A stretch of 64,000 bases of DNA. Source: Candidatus Euphemobacter frigidus (GTDB taxonomy: Bacteria > Auribacterota > Erginobacteria > Erginobacterales > Erginobacteraceae). Positions 17,609-27,590 of this stretch are shown in pieces. The stretch spans positions 3,961 through 67,960 of the forward strand of contig JAVCDH010000084.1 in NCBI GenBank assembly GCA_030765805.1, written 5' to 3'. Numbering within the stretch: position 1 is the stretch's first letter; each line of letters opens with the position of its first letter. Made by a program: the position numbers and the translations under genes. The notes beneath the pieces were generated by a model. That model was given only the letters and a program-made list of their open reading frames with translations. It made no database searches and was not told the DNA's origin.

Positions 17609-19954
17609 ATGAATCGGTTACCCGTAAATATTTTCTTTCCGAAGCGCTCGAAAGAAGCCGGAATTCACTCTCTGGCAAGAGATTCCCGTTTAAAATTAGT
17701 TGGCAATATTATCTTCCTCTCCCTGCTTCTCCCCATGTTTCTGGTCTCCGCCCCGGCGGAAGCGAGAACAAAACCTCCACTTTCCGAGCTTCTGGCGGCA
17801 TCTGAATATCTTGCTGAAGGAGAGATACCGGAAGATCGCTCTTCCGCGGCGGGGATGACACCCGTCTATGTGGCAACCGACGGAGATGATTCCAATTCCG
17901 GTCTCTCGCCGTCCACTCCGAAAAAACACCTGGGAGCAGCGATAGAGTACGCCAATGCAAATCCTGCGGTCCCCTTCGTAATCTACCTTCGAGGAGGAAC
18001 CTATTACCGGCCGGCCCTTTACGAGTATCTCATGATCGAGCGGGGAGACCTGATGATAACCGCTTATCCCGGCGAGGAGGTCACCATCCGACCCGACATC
18101 TGGCCGGCCAACCCCACTTCGTGGGGCGAAGAGGTGCTCTTCCATTCATATTACCCCGGTCATAACATCACCATCTGTAATCTCACCCTGGAGGGTTGGT
18201 CCACCCCTTTTGTCTTCGGTACCCAGTTCGATCAGCCGCCACTCGAAAACTTAGTGATTAAAAATATCCGAGCACGGGAGTTCAGAAAGAGAGGGCCCAC
18301 CTTCATCAGCGAGCTGTTTTCTGCCAATTACGTGACTGAAGGCTATTTTTCCGGGCGGGAATTTGACCCACTTGATCCCGGCATTAAATACCAGATCGAA
18401 GGACTGATTTTTTCCGATATCTCTATCGAAGGCGTTGATATGCCCACAAACATCGGAGATGAGGATGACGCCAATGTGAAGGGCTTGAGGATCACCGGTG
18501 TCGAGGTTTACAACGATCCCCAGCCTACCGGCAGCACGGCGGTGAACGGTTTCGCGGTAGTAAACTGCCACAATGTGCTGATCGACAACTGCCGGGTGGA
18601 AAACATCGAAGGAGACGGGATAGACGCCAAGTCATTCCGGGTTTGCGTGATAAACACATTGCTCTCCGGTATCGGAAGAAACGGTGTTAAGTTCTGGCAC
18701 GGCGGCGAAGTGATCAACTCCGTCATTTACGACGCCGACGCCGGCGCCGCTTTTGTCATCGAGGAAGGCCCCTGTCGGATGATAAATTCCATACTCATGA
18801 AGAAGGGTGACGGCTATGCCGGCACATATGCCTGGGGTGAGCCCACAGCCGAGAAATTCGAAGTGGCGAATTCCATCTTTATTGACCTTGATCATACCTT
18901 CTATGTTGGGACCCCGGACCTTCGTTCCCGCAACTCCCTTTATTTTAATATGCCGGGCGGACTTTATTCCGGCCTGGTCTCTGCCGTCAACGTGGCGGCC
19001 TTGAACGAATTTCCCGCCTGCTCTGATAATATCTCCGGGGGGCCTCTCCTGGTCAACCCGGAGGGGGGAGATTTCAGGGCTTCCTATGCTTCTCCCTGTC
19101 GAGACAACGGCGGAAATACCGGGATTCTTTTACCGTCTTTCGATTTCTACGGAAATCCCCGCAAAAGGGGCCGCAGACCTGATATCGGTCCGGTTGAGGC
19201 CGCGGACCCGGTCTTCATAAGCCGAGCGGATTACGATGGCGATGGAGATAGCGATATCGCGGTATACCGCGACTCGACCGGGCTCTGGGCGGCCAGGGGA
19301 ATAACCCGGCTGTATTTCGGCAAGACTGCGGACATTCCGATCCCCGCCGATTATGACGGGGATGGGACCTCCGAAGTTGGTATTTACCGGCGTATTACCG
19401 GGCTCTGGGCGATCCGGGGGATCAGCCGCTTTTACTTCGGCACGGTGAATGATCTTCCCATCCCCGCCGATTATGACGGGGACGGTCGTCTTGAGCATGC
19501 CCTCTTCCGGGAAAGCAACGGACTCTGGATAATCAGGGGGATCAGCCGCTTTTACTACGGTCGGAGGGGCGATTATCCGGTTCCGGGAGACTATGATAAT
19601 GACGGCTCGACGGAGCCCGGGATCTTCCGCCCCGCCGAGGCGGGGGGGCTCTGGGCGATCAAGGGGATCAGCCGCTTCTATTTCGGGGGTAACGATGATA
19701 TCCCCGTTCCCGGTAAGTTCGCTGGGGGGCGTTCCCAGGCCGGGATCTTCCGACCTTCGACCGGGCTCTGGGCACTCAGAGGGGGAGCTAGGTGTTATCT
19801 CGGTACAGTCACTGACATCCCTATTCGGGGTGATGGTGATGGTGATGGTTCGGATGAAATGGGGATCTTCCGACCCGATAGAGGGCTCTGGGTACTCCGG
19901 GGAATAACCCGTGTCTACTTCGGGAAAACCGGAGACATTCCCATAATAAGATAA
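17609..19954 (+). CDS. Secreted right-handed parallel beta-helix (pectate-lyase fold) protein with six C-terminal FG-GAP/VCBS-like repeats
   Basis: An N-terminal hydrophobic signal is followed by beta-helix-like NxxI/V repeats in the middle. The C-terminus carries six ~40-aa units of the form DYDGDG...GLWA.RGISRFYFG...D.P.P. Confidence 0.55.
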   Translation: MNRLPVNIFFPKRSKEAGIHSLARDSRLKLVGNIIFLSLLLPMFLVSAPAEARTKPPLSELLAASEYLAEGEIPEDRSSAAGMTPVYVATDGDDSNSGLSPSTPKKHLGAAIEYANANPAVPFVIYLRGGTYYRPALYEYLMIERGDLMITAYPGEEVTIRPDIWPANPTSWGEEVLFHSYYPGHNITICNLTLEGWSTPFVFGTQFDQPPLENLVIKNIRAREFRKRGPTFISELFSANYVTEGYFSGREFDPLDPGIKYQIEGLIFSDISIEGVDMPTNIGDEDDANVKGLRITGVEVYNDPQPTGSTAVNGFAVVNCHNVLIDNCRVENIEGDGIDAKSFRVCVINTLLSGIGRNGVKFWHGGEVINSVIYDADAGAAFVIEEGPCRMINSILMKKGDGYAGTYAWGEPTAEKFEVANSIFIDLDHTFYVGTPDLRSRNSLYFNMPGGLYSGLVSAVNVAALNEFPACSDNISGGPLLVNPEGGDFRASYASPCRDNGGNTGILLPSFDFYGNPRKRGRRPDIGPVEAADPVFISRADYDGDGDSDIAVYRDSTGLWAARGITRLYFGKTADIPIPADYDGDGTSEVGIYRRITGLWAIRGISRFYFGTVNDLPIPADYDGDGRLEHALFRESNGLWIIRGISRFYYGRRGDYPVPGDYDNDGSTEPGIFRPAEAGGLWAIKGISRFYFGGNDDIPVPGKFAGGRSQAGIFRPSTGLWALRGGARCYLGTVTDIPIRGDGDGDGSDEMGIFRPDRGLWVLRGITRVYFGKTGDIPIIR
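19200..19950 (+). repeat. Six tandem ~120-bp coding repeats encoding the FG-GAP-like units
   Basis: Tandem units with about 60-70% nucleotide identity are visible directly in the sequence, for example the recurring gattatgacggggatgg...ggctctgggc. Confidence 0.7.
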
Positions 19955-20230
19955 GACCGTGTTCGGACAGGCTCCTAGACTCATTTTCATTTGACTGCTT
20001 CACGCGGGCATGGTAGCTTTCCCTGCAACAGAGGACCCTTCCCGGATAATGGATCTTTTAAAATTCATTATTTGAGGAGGTTCACAGACTGGTTTTCTTC
20101 CCTTGCGGGGCAACCATAATTACTTAAGAAAAGCCATGTTCCGTTCAAGTCACCCTCATTCAACTTTTCCCCAATCTTTACCTTCTACAATTTCAGCATT
20201 ATATATTCTTAGGGCGCCTCATTAAGTATC

Positions 20231-21616
20231 ATGGAACCAATTCGCTATTACAGTACGAACCGAAATTCCCGACTGAAGGGAATCAAACCATTTCGAAACC
20301 GGGTCAACTTCCCCAATGCCCTGATTATGGGCCAGGCCCCGGATGGTGGTCTCTTTATGCCCGAGAGGCTCCCTTCTCTCTCTTTCCGGGAGATCGCGGA
20401 GCTTAAGAGTAAGCCCTACCGGGAAGCGGCGCTGGCGGTTGGAAAAAGGTTCTGGGAAGACTGCGTTCCCGGCGACGTCCTGGAGGACATTATCCGGGAA
20501 GCCTATAACTTCGAGATCCCCCTCGAGCGCGTTTACGATCGAAAGTATGTGATGCGGCTCGACCGGGGGCCGACCGCCTCCTTCAAGGATTTTGCCGCCC
20601 GCCTCATGTCCCGCCTGATGAGTTATCTGCGCGGGCCGCATAGCCATCTGAACGTTCTGGTCGCCACCTCGGGGGATACCGGCAGCGCCATCGGTGAAGC
20701 CTTCAAGGGGGTGGAGGGGATCGATGTCTATATTCTTTATCCGGCCCGGGAGGTCAGCGCGCGTCAGAAGAAGCAGCTTGATACCATCGGGGAGAATGTC
20801 AGGGCGCTGATGGTGGACGGCAAATTCGACGACTGCCAGAACATGGTCAAGCGGGCCTTCCTCGACGAGGATCTCTCCGCTCTGAATCTCACCTCAGCTA
20901 ACTCCATCAATATCGGCCGCATCCTTCCCCAGACCATCTATTATATCTGGGGGTACGCCCAGGTCGCGGAAGCGGGGGAAGAAGCCGTCATCTCCGTTCC
21001 TTCGGGCAACTTCGGCAATGCTTTCGGCTGCGAACTGGCCCGACGGATGGGGCTTCCCCTCCACCGGCTGCTGATGCCTACCAATGAGAATAATGAATTT
21101 TCTCAATTTCTCTCTCGCGGAATCTACCATAAGATCGATCCGTCCCGGAAATGCCTCTCCAACGCCATGAACGTAGGCCACCCCAGCAACCTCGCCCGCT
21201 TCTTCGATATCTACGGGGGTAATGTCGATAAAGAGGGGAAGGTTCATGCTGTTCCCGATCTTGACCTGATGAGAAAGCGGATCTTCTCGGTAAGCGTAAG
21301 CGATGAGGAGACCAAGAAGACTATCGTGGAGGCATACAAAAAGCACGGCCTCCTCCTGGAGCCTCACGGAGCGGTAGGCTGGAGAGGATTGGAGAAATTC
21401 CTGGAAGAGGAAGGTGATTTCCCGCTCTGCATCTCAATCGAAACCGCCCATCCAGCCAAGTTTCCCGATGAGATCGAAGAACTGCTCGGGATCCATCCTC
21501 CGGTCCCCCCGAGTTTGCGAGGCCTGGAAGAGAGGAGCGGAGAACCTCTCACCATGCCCAACAATTACCGGGCATTTAAGTCATTTCTTCAGTCTAATCT
21601 TCGGTCCGCCGATTAA
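20231..21616 (+). CDS. thrC: Threonine synthase
   Basis: The PLP lysine sits in SFKDFAAR, there is a glycine-rich SGDTGSA loop, and at 461 aa it is the long-form ThrC. Confidence 0.85.
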   Translation: MEPIRYYSTNRNSRLKGIKPFRNRVNFPNALIMGQAPDGGLFMPERLPSLSFREIAELKSKPYREAALAVGKRFWEDCVPGDVLEDIIREAYNFEIPLERVYDRKYVMRLDRGPTASFKDFAARLMSRLMSYLRGPHSHLNVLVATSGDTGSAIGEAFKGVEGIDVYILYPAREVSARQKKQLDTIGENVRALMVDGKFDDCQNMVKRAFLDEDLSALNLTSANSINIGRILPQTIYYIWGYAQVAEAGEEAVISVPSGNFGNAFGCELARRMGLPLHRLLMPTNENNEFSQFLSRGIYHKIDPSRKCLSNAMNVGHPSNLARFFDIYGGNVDKEGKVHAVPDLDLMRKRIFSVSVSDEETKKTIVEAYKKHGLLLEPHGAVGWRGLEKFLEEEGDFPLCISIETAHPAKFPDEIEELLGIHPPVPPSLRGLEERSGEPLTMPNNYRAFKSFLQSNLRSAD

Positions 21617-21618
21617 TA

Positions 21619-22770
21619 ATGAAGATCGGAATTGATATTCAGTGTCTGACCAGACCTCTGACCGGGGTCGGATACTATACCCTGGGACTTCTGCGGGGAC
21701 TGGCTTCAATCTCCGGCTCCGACCGGATTTATCCGTTTTTTTTCAGCAGCAGAGGGCACGTCGATCTCCCGCCCCAAGTCTATAAGAAGTTGGCTCCTCT
21801 GGGGAAAAGGATCCCGGGGCGGATTCTTAGCCTGGGTTGGAAGCGGCTTGGTTTCCCTCCCCTGAACTGGCTGATCCGGGGGATGGATCTCTACCACTTC
21901 CCGGATTTCGTGGCCCGTCCGGTCAAGAAAAAACCGGTTGTCATCACCATCTACGATCTCTCTTTTAAACGTTATCCGGAGTTTACCGAACCGAAAAATT
22001 TGCGTTACCTCGAGACGTCCATCCCCGGAAGCCTGGAGCGAGCGGACCGGATTATTGTCATCTCCCGGTTTACCCGGGATGAGCTAACCTCCCTCTATCC
22101 GGTCTCCGCGAATAAGATAGCGGTAATCCACGGAGGGATCGACGACATCTTCCGGCAATCGATCACCCCCGATGAACTTCTCCGGATCAGATACCGTTTC
22201 AACCTGCCGGAAAAATATGTTCTTACCGTCGGCACCTGGGAACCCCGCAAGAACCTGGTCAGGCTGCTGCAGGCCTGGCGAACGCTAAGGGCTGAGGGCA
22301 AGCTGGCTGGATACAAGCTGGTGATGGTGGGAATGAAAGGATGGCTCTGCGGTGAGATCGAGCAGCAATTCCATAATCAGGCCGGAGAGCGAGGAGTGAT
22401 GGCGCTCGGTTATATCCCACGGAGCTCACTTCCAGCTATCTACCGGGGAGCGGCGGTTTTCGTCTATCCTTCCATCTACGAGGGATTAGGCCTGCCCCCC
22501 CTGGAAGCCCTGGCCTGCGGGGTGCCCGTCGCAGCCGCCCGGGCGGGCGCGCTTCCGGAAGTTCTAGGCGACGCGGCGCTTTACTTCGACCCAACCAATC
22601 CTCAAGAGATGGCCACGGCGATAGAAACAGTCGTGACCCAAGAAAAAGTGGCGGAAGAGTTGCGGGAAAAAGGGAGAGCGCGGGCGGAAAAATTTACCTG
22701 GGAAGAGACGGCTGAAAAGACGATGCAGGTCTACCGCAACGCCTGCGGCGGCGGTGAGGTGCTGGGGTAA
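21619..22770 (+). CDS. Glycosyltransferase family 4 (GT-B, Glycos_transf_1)
   Basis: It has an MKIGID...GVG N-terminus and a C-terminal E-x7-E-like region (EGLGLPPLEALACG). Confidence 0.8.
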   Translation: MKIGIDIQCLTRPLTGVGYYTLGLLRGLASISGSDRIYPFFFSSRGHVDLPPQVYKKLAPLGKRIPGRILSLGWKRLGFPPLNWLIRGMDLYHFPDFVARPVKKKPVVITIYDLSFKRYPEFTEPKNLRYLETSIPGSLERADRIIVISRFTRDELTSLYPVSANKIAVIHGGIDDIFRQSITPDELLRIRYRFNLPEKYVLTVGTWEPRKNLVRLLQAWRTLRAEGKLAGYKLVMVGMKGWLCGEIEQQFHNQAGERGVMALGYIPRSSLPAIYRGAAVFVYPSIYEGLGLPPLEALACGVPVAAARAGALPEVLGDAALYFDPTNPQEMATAIETVVTQEKVAEELREKGRARAEKFTWEETAEKTMQVYRNACGGGEVLG

Positions 22771-22811
22771 CCACAGGAGAACCGGATAAAATTTTTCCGG
22801 AGAAATAATTT

Positions 22812-24017
22812 ATGAGGATCGGCATTGACGCGCGCTGGATTTTTCCTCAGATTTCCGGGGTTGGTCGGGTTACGGAAAAGCTGATCCACCACCTAGGCGA
22901 GATCGATCCGGAGAATCACTATCTTTTATTTTTCAACGATTCTTCCTTGATGGCTCGATACTGGAGGCGCTGGGAGAGATACACCAACCTGGAACCGGTC
23001 TCGGTGCCCTGGGGGATCTTCTCGCCGGCCGGTCAGGTGGGGATGCCCGCGCTTATCCGAAAGATGGAACTGGACATCTTCCATTCAACTAATTACTTCC
23101 TGCCGTTGCTCTTGTGGAAGACCAGGATGGTGATCACCATCCATGATCTCATCCCCCTTAAATTTCCCCACTTTACCCCCCGGGCCAAAAAGACGCGCTT
23201 TAATTGGTTTTTTCGCTGGATCTTATTGCGGTGCTCCCATCGGGCTGATCGGGTGATCACGATCTCCCTCCATACCCGGAATGATCTCATAACAGAACTC
23301 GGATTGCCCGCGGAGAAGATAACGGTCGTCTATAACGGCATCGATAGCAAGTATCGCGTGCTGGAAAGGGAACGTGTCCTCCGCTTCTGTCAGGAGAAAC
23401 TAGGCTCCACCTCCCCCTTCATCCTCTATGTGGGGAGGTTCGATCCCTATAAGAACGTGGCCGGCCTGATCCTGGCCTTCGACCGGTTCCGCCGGGACCG
23501 GAAAGATGATCCCCGGCTGGTCCTGGCCGGCCATCCCGATCCGCGTTACCCGGAGACGGGCGAGATCGTCCGGTCGCTTGGGCTTGAGTCCCGGGTCGTC
23601 TTCCTGGATGGTGTCGATGAAGACGAACTGATCTATCTCTACAACGGGGCACGGATTCTTATCCTGCCTTCGTTCTACGAAGGGTTCGGACTTCCCCCGC
23701 TGGAGTCTATGGCCTGCGGGACCCCGGTCATCGTTTCAGACCGAGGGAGTCTGCCCGAGGTGATCGGAGACGCGGGGCTCTTCGTCGACCCGGACCGGGA
23801 AGAGAGTATCACCGGAGCGATCAGGACGCTCTGGGAGTCCGATCGCCTCCGGTCCGAGCTCAGGGAGAAGGGGTTCAAGCGGGCAAAAGACTTCTCCTGG
23901 GAGAAAACCGCCCGGGAGACCCTGGAGGTTTATGAGAGCCTGGCCGGGAGCCCGGCGGAGAACAAGCCCCGCTCTTGGCGGGGCAAGGCAGTTAGCGCCG
24001 CAGGAGTTAAATTATAA
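22812..24017 (+). CDS. Glycosyltransferase family 4
   Basis: It is a paralog of the previous GT4 gene, with EGFGLPPLESMACG near the C-terminus. Confidence 0.8.
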   Translation: MRIGIDARWIFPQISGVGRVTEKLIHHLGEIDPENHYLLFFNDSSLMARYWRRWERYTNLEPVSVPWGIFSPAGQVGMPALIRKMELDIFHSTNYFLPLLLWKTRMVITIHDLIPLKFPHFTPRAKKTRFNWFFRWILLRCSHRADRVITISLHTRNDLITELGLPAEKITVVYNGIDSKYRVLERERVLRFCQEKLGSTSPFILYVGRFDPYKNVAGLILAFDRFRRDRKDDPRLVLAGHPDPRYPETGEIVRSLGLESRVVFLDGVDEDELIYLYNGARILILPSFYEGFGLPPLESMACGTPVIVSDRGSLPEVIGDAGLFVDPDREESITGAIRTLWESDRLRSELREKGFKRAKDFSWEKTARETLEVYESLAGSPAENKPRSWRGKAVSAAGVKL

Positions 24018-25133
24018 ATGAAGGTTGCTTTAGTCCATGACTGGTTGAACGGGATGCGGGGAGGAGAGCGGGTGCTGGAGGCGCTCTGCGAACTCTTCCC
24101 GGAAGCCGAGATCTTCACGCTGCTTCTGGAGCGGGAGAAGATCTCCCCCCGCATTCGGGAGATGAAGATCCATACCTCCTTTATCCAGAATCTCCCCTTC
24201 GCCCGGAAGCACTACCGGAACTATCTTCCCTTCTTCCCCCGGGCGATAGAACGATTCGACCTGACCGGTTATGATCTGGTCATCAGCACCAGTCACGCGG
24301 TCGCCAAAGGGTGCCGGGCTCCGGAGAACGCCGTAAACGTCTGTTATTGTTTCACCCCGATGCGGTATATCTGGTTTCTCTACGAGGAGTATTTCGGGGA
24401 CAACTTCCTGAAGAAGCTGGTCCTGGGCCCCTCTTTCGCCTACCTGAGAAGGTGGGACATTCGTTCTTCCCGTCGGGTTGGATACTTCCTGGCTATCTCA
24501 AAAACCGTTGCCGATAGAATAGCCCGGATCTATAATAGGGAGGCTGAAGTAATATATCCGCCGGTCGATACGGATTTTTTCCATCCGGCCGAGAGCTCCG
24601 GAGACTTTTTTTTAATCGTATCCGCGCTGGTCCCTTATAAGAGGGTGGACCGGGCGATAACCGCCTTCAACCGATTGGGGTTGCCGTTGAAGATTGTCGG
24701 GACCGGACCTTCAGCCGCGCGGTTGAAAGAGAAGGCCGGCCCGCAGATCCGGTTTCTAGGGCGGCAGGGAGATGACAATCTGCGCCGGCTCTATCAGGAT
24801 TGCCGGGCCTTGATATTTCCCGGGCTGGAGGACTTCGGGATCGTCCCACTGGAAGCGCAGGCCTGCGGGCGGCCGGTGATCGGCCTCGGGGCGGGGGGGC
24901 TGGCGGAGACCATCATCCCCTGGAGGTCCGCGGGAGGCCGGGCGCCGACCGGGATCTTATTTGCCAAACAGACAGTGGAATCACTGATCGGTGGAATTAA
25001 CCTTTTTCTGGAGAACGAAACTTGCTTTGACCGGGACGCGATCAGAGTCCACGCGCTTCAGTTCGACCGGAAGATATTCAAAGAAAAATTCCGAAAGAAA
25101 ATTGAAGAAATCTTTGAAAGAATAAAATTATAA
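24018..25133 (+). CDS. Glycosyltransferase family 4-like
   Basis: It begins MKVALVHDWL..GGER. The start codon abuts the previous stop, indicating an operon. Confidence 0.7.
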   Translation: MKVALVHDWLNGMRGGERVLEALCELFPEAEIFTLLLEREKISPRIREMKIHTSFIQNLPFARKHYRNYLPFFPRAIERFDLTGYDLVISTSHAVAKGCRAPENAVNVCYCFTPMRYIWFLYEEYFGDNFLKKLVLGPSFAYLRRWDIRSSRRVGYFLAISKTVADRIARIYNREAEVIYPPVDTDFFHPAESSGDFFLIVSALVPYKRVDRAITAFNRLGLPLKIVGTGPSAARLKEKAGPQIRFLGRQGDDNLRRLYQDCRALIFPGLEDFGIVPLEAQACGRPVIGLGAGGLAETIIPWRSAGGRAPTGILFAKQTVESLIGGINLFLENETCFDRDAIRVHALQFDRKIFKEKFRKKIEEIFERIKL

Positions 25134-25154
25134 CTTTTTTTACGAAGTAAAAAA

Positions 25155-26597
25155 ATGTCACAGATTCGTCGCCATACGGCCATCTTTACCCTGATCTCCA
25201 TTGTCTCCGACGGGATGGTCCTTTTGGGGAGCATGCTCCTCGCCTTCTGGGTCAGCTTTCATTCTCCCCTGACCCTGATCTTCCCGGTGGCGAAGGGGAT
25301 TCCTCCAATCTCCGAGTACCTGAAGGCCTTCCCGGTTATCCTGGTGGTATTTCTGATCGTCTTTAAGTCGTTTCATCTCTATCGTCGGAAGACGTATTTC
25401 TCCCCAACCTGGCATTTCTTCACTTTTACCAAGGCGGTCACAGTGGCGCTCTTCAGCCTGATGGCGCTGACGTTTCTCTACCGGGAAGACTTCACCTACT
25501 CCCGGAGGATGCTGGCCTGGAGCTGGGTGTTCTGCATCATCCTGATAACGCTCTTCCGGAGGGTGGTTGATAGACTGGAAGTGAACAGCTGGAAGAAGAA
25601 CAAAGCGCCCCGGAAGATTCTCCTGCTGGGAGCCGGAGAGATGGCCCGGCGGCTTATCGAAAATTTTTCCGCCAATCCACGCTGGGGGGCCGAGGTGGTC
25701 GGTGTTCTGAGCTTCAACGGACCTCCCATCCCGGATGATTTCACCGGACTCCCGATCCAGGGAAGAATCGATCAGTTTGAAGAAATACTCCGCACCGGTC
25801 AGATCGATGAGGTTGTCATCACCCGACTCGACCTGCCTCACACCCGGATTATGGAGGTTATCATGCTCTGCGAGAAGAACCTGGTCGCGGTAAAGCTGGT
25901 CCCGGACGTCTTCTCCATCATGACCAGCCAGGTGGAGGTTGTGAACCTGGATGGCGTCCCCCTGCTGGGTTTAAGGGCCCTTCCTCTCCATTCGGCCTGG
26001 AACCGGTTTGTCAAAAGAACATTCGATCTGATCACCGCCGCGGTCGGGTTAATTATAACCCTCCCGGCTTTATTGGTCTGCGCGGCTGCCCTCAAACTGA
26101 CTTCGAGAGGACCGGTTTTTTTTCAGCAGGAGAGAATGGGGGAGAACAGGGTGAAATTCCAGCTCTACAAGCTGAGAACCATGCCCGTCGACGCGGAGAA
26201 AGAGAGCGGGCCGATTCTCCCAAAACGGGACGATCCCCGGGCCACACCACTGGGCAGATTCCTGCGGCGGTTGAGCCTGGATGAGCTCCCCCAACTCTGG
26301 AATGTCCTCAAAGGGGACATGAGCCTGGTCGGTCCGCGACCGGAACGGCCAATCTTCGTGGAACAGTTCAAAGAATCCATCCCCCGGTATATGTCACGCC
26401 ACCTGGTAAAGTCGGGCTTGACCGGCTGGGCCCAGGTGAATGGGTTACGGGGGGATACCTCAATGAAGATGCGGGTCAAGTACGACATGTACTACCTGGA
26501 GAACTGGTCCCTCATGCTGGATATCAAGATCGTCCTCCTCACCCTTTTCTCCCGCAAAGTCCATCAGATCAGTACCCACATCCTCCCGCTGGATTAG
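25155..26597 (+). CDS. Polyprenyl-phosphate glycosyl-1-phosphate transferase (WbaP/bacterial sugar transferase family), priming enzyme
   Basis: Four to five N-terminal TM segments precede a C-terminal domain with [25 protein letters not shown]. Confidence 0.85.
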   Translation: MSQIRRHTAIFTLISIVSDGMVLLGSMLLAFWVSFHSPLTLIFPVAKGIPPISEYLKAFPVILVVFLIVFKSFHLYRRKTYFSPTWHFFTFTKAVTVALFSLMALTFLYREDFTYSRRMLAWSWVFCIILITLFRRVVDRLEVNSWKKNKAPRKILLLGAGEMARRLIENFSANPRWGAEVVGVLSFNGPPIPDDFTGLPIQGRIDQFEEILRTGQIDEVVITRLDLPHTRIMEVIMLCEKNLVAVKLVPDVFSIMTSQVEVVNLDGVPLLGLRALPLHSAWNRFVKRTFDLITAAVGLIITLPALLVCAAALKLTSRGPVFFQQERMGENRVKFQLYKLRTMPVDAEKESGPILPKRDDPRATPLGRFLRRLSLDELPQLWNVLKGDMSLVGPRPERPIFVEQFKESIPRYMSRHLVKSGLTGWAQVNGLRGDTSMKMRVKYDMYYLENWSLMLDIKIVLLTLFSRKVHQISTHILPLD

Positions 26598-26614
26598 GAG
26601 GCTGTATAAGATAG

Positions 26615-27391
26615 TCAGGGAGTGATCACGATCGGGGAACCGAGGACCACGAAGTCGTAGATCTCTTCTTCCTGCGGGTGGAGGACCCGAATGCAGCCGA
26701 AGGAGGCATCCGTGCCGATCTCTTCCGCGATCCTGGATCCGTGGATGCCGTAAGCTCCCGGCGGGGGGATGAACTCGATCCACCGGGTTCCCAGGGGATA
26801 GTCGGGATTATCCGCCCTGATGATGGTCCGGTTGTAGGGATCGGTCCAGGGAGGATCGACCAGTTTTCTCACAACCGAGAACTCTCCTTCCGGCGTGCTG
26901 TTCTTCTTCCCCAGAGCCACCGGGTAGGAACGAATAAACTTATCCCCCAGAAAGATGGAGAGGGATCTATCGCTCTTATCCACGGTAATCCGGAACGGAC
27001 CTTCGATGACAATCAGCTTCTGTCCGATCCGGATCAGGTCTGGATCCGCAATCTCATTGAGGCGAGCCAGAAGTCCGGTTCCTATATTGTACCGGGAAGC
27101 GATGCCGCTCAGTGTGTCACCATCCTTAACCTTGTATTCCGTTCCCAGTTTCTGGATCTCCTCCCAGCTGAGATCTTCCATTTCCTGAGCCGGAACCCTC
27201 TCCTCGACTACGATTATCCCTTCAACTTCTTCTCCGCCCTCGCCGCGTTCCAATATAACGACATCTTCCTCTTCAGAGATTTCCCGCGGCTCCTCGGGGG
27301 GTAGAGGTTGGGGCGCGTAAGAGCGTCGGGCGGCGCATCCCACGCTTAAAAGAATGACGGCACTTAAACAGAAAAACATTCTTATCTTCAT
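26615..27391 (-). CDS. LysM domain-containing L,D-transpeptidase (YkuD family) lipoprotein
   Basis: It has a LysM segment (YKVKDGDTLSGIASRY) and a YkuD catalytic segment (HGS....SFGCIRV). Start is the ATG at 27391 with GGAGA upstream, and there is a lipobox-like LLSVGC. Confidence 0.8.
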   Translation of the reverse strand: MKIRMFFCLSAVILLSVGCAARRSYAPQPLPPEEPREISEEEDVVILERGEGGEEVEGIIVVEERVPAQEMEDLSWEEIQKLGTEYKVKDGDTLSGIASRYNIGTGLLARLNEIADPDLIRIGQKLIVIEGPFRITVDKSDRSLSIFLGDKFIRSYPVALGKKNSTPEGEFSVVRKLVDPPWTDPYNRTIIRADNPDYPLGTRWIEFIPPPGAYGIHGSRIAEEIGTDASFGCIRVLHPQEEEIYDFVVLGSPIVITP

Positions 27392-27590
27392 ACCTATCTC
27401 CTCTATATTGTTTTTAAAATTATTTATTGATAATAGATTGTACAGAATGTTTACGCAACTCATAAATAATCTAAAATCCATAAATATCAATCATACAGAA
27501 TTATTTCTCATTGTCCCTTTTTAATCAGGTTGGTAGGATGTTTTTATCTCTGATTAATGAAGTACTGTATTCAAGTATCGGAGTATTAAG

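Noticed and set aside
19130-19990. 286-aa ORF on the minus strand antisense to the FG-GAP repeat region
   Set aside because: It lies entirely inside the well-supported plus-strand gene. Its translation is Pro/Gly/Arg-rich low-complexity sequence typical of antisense frames in GC-rich repeats.
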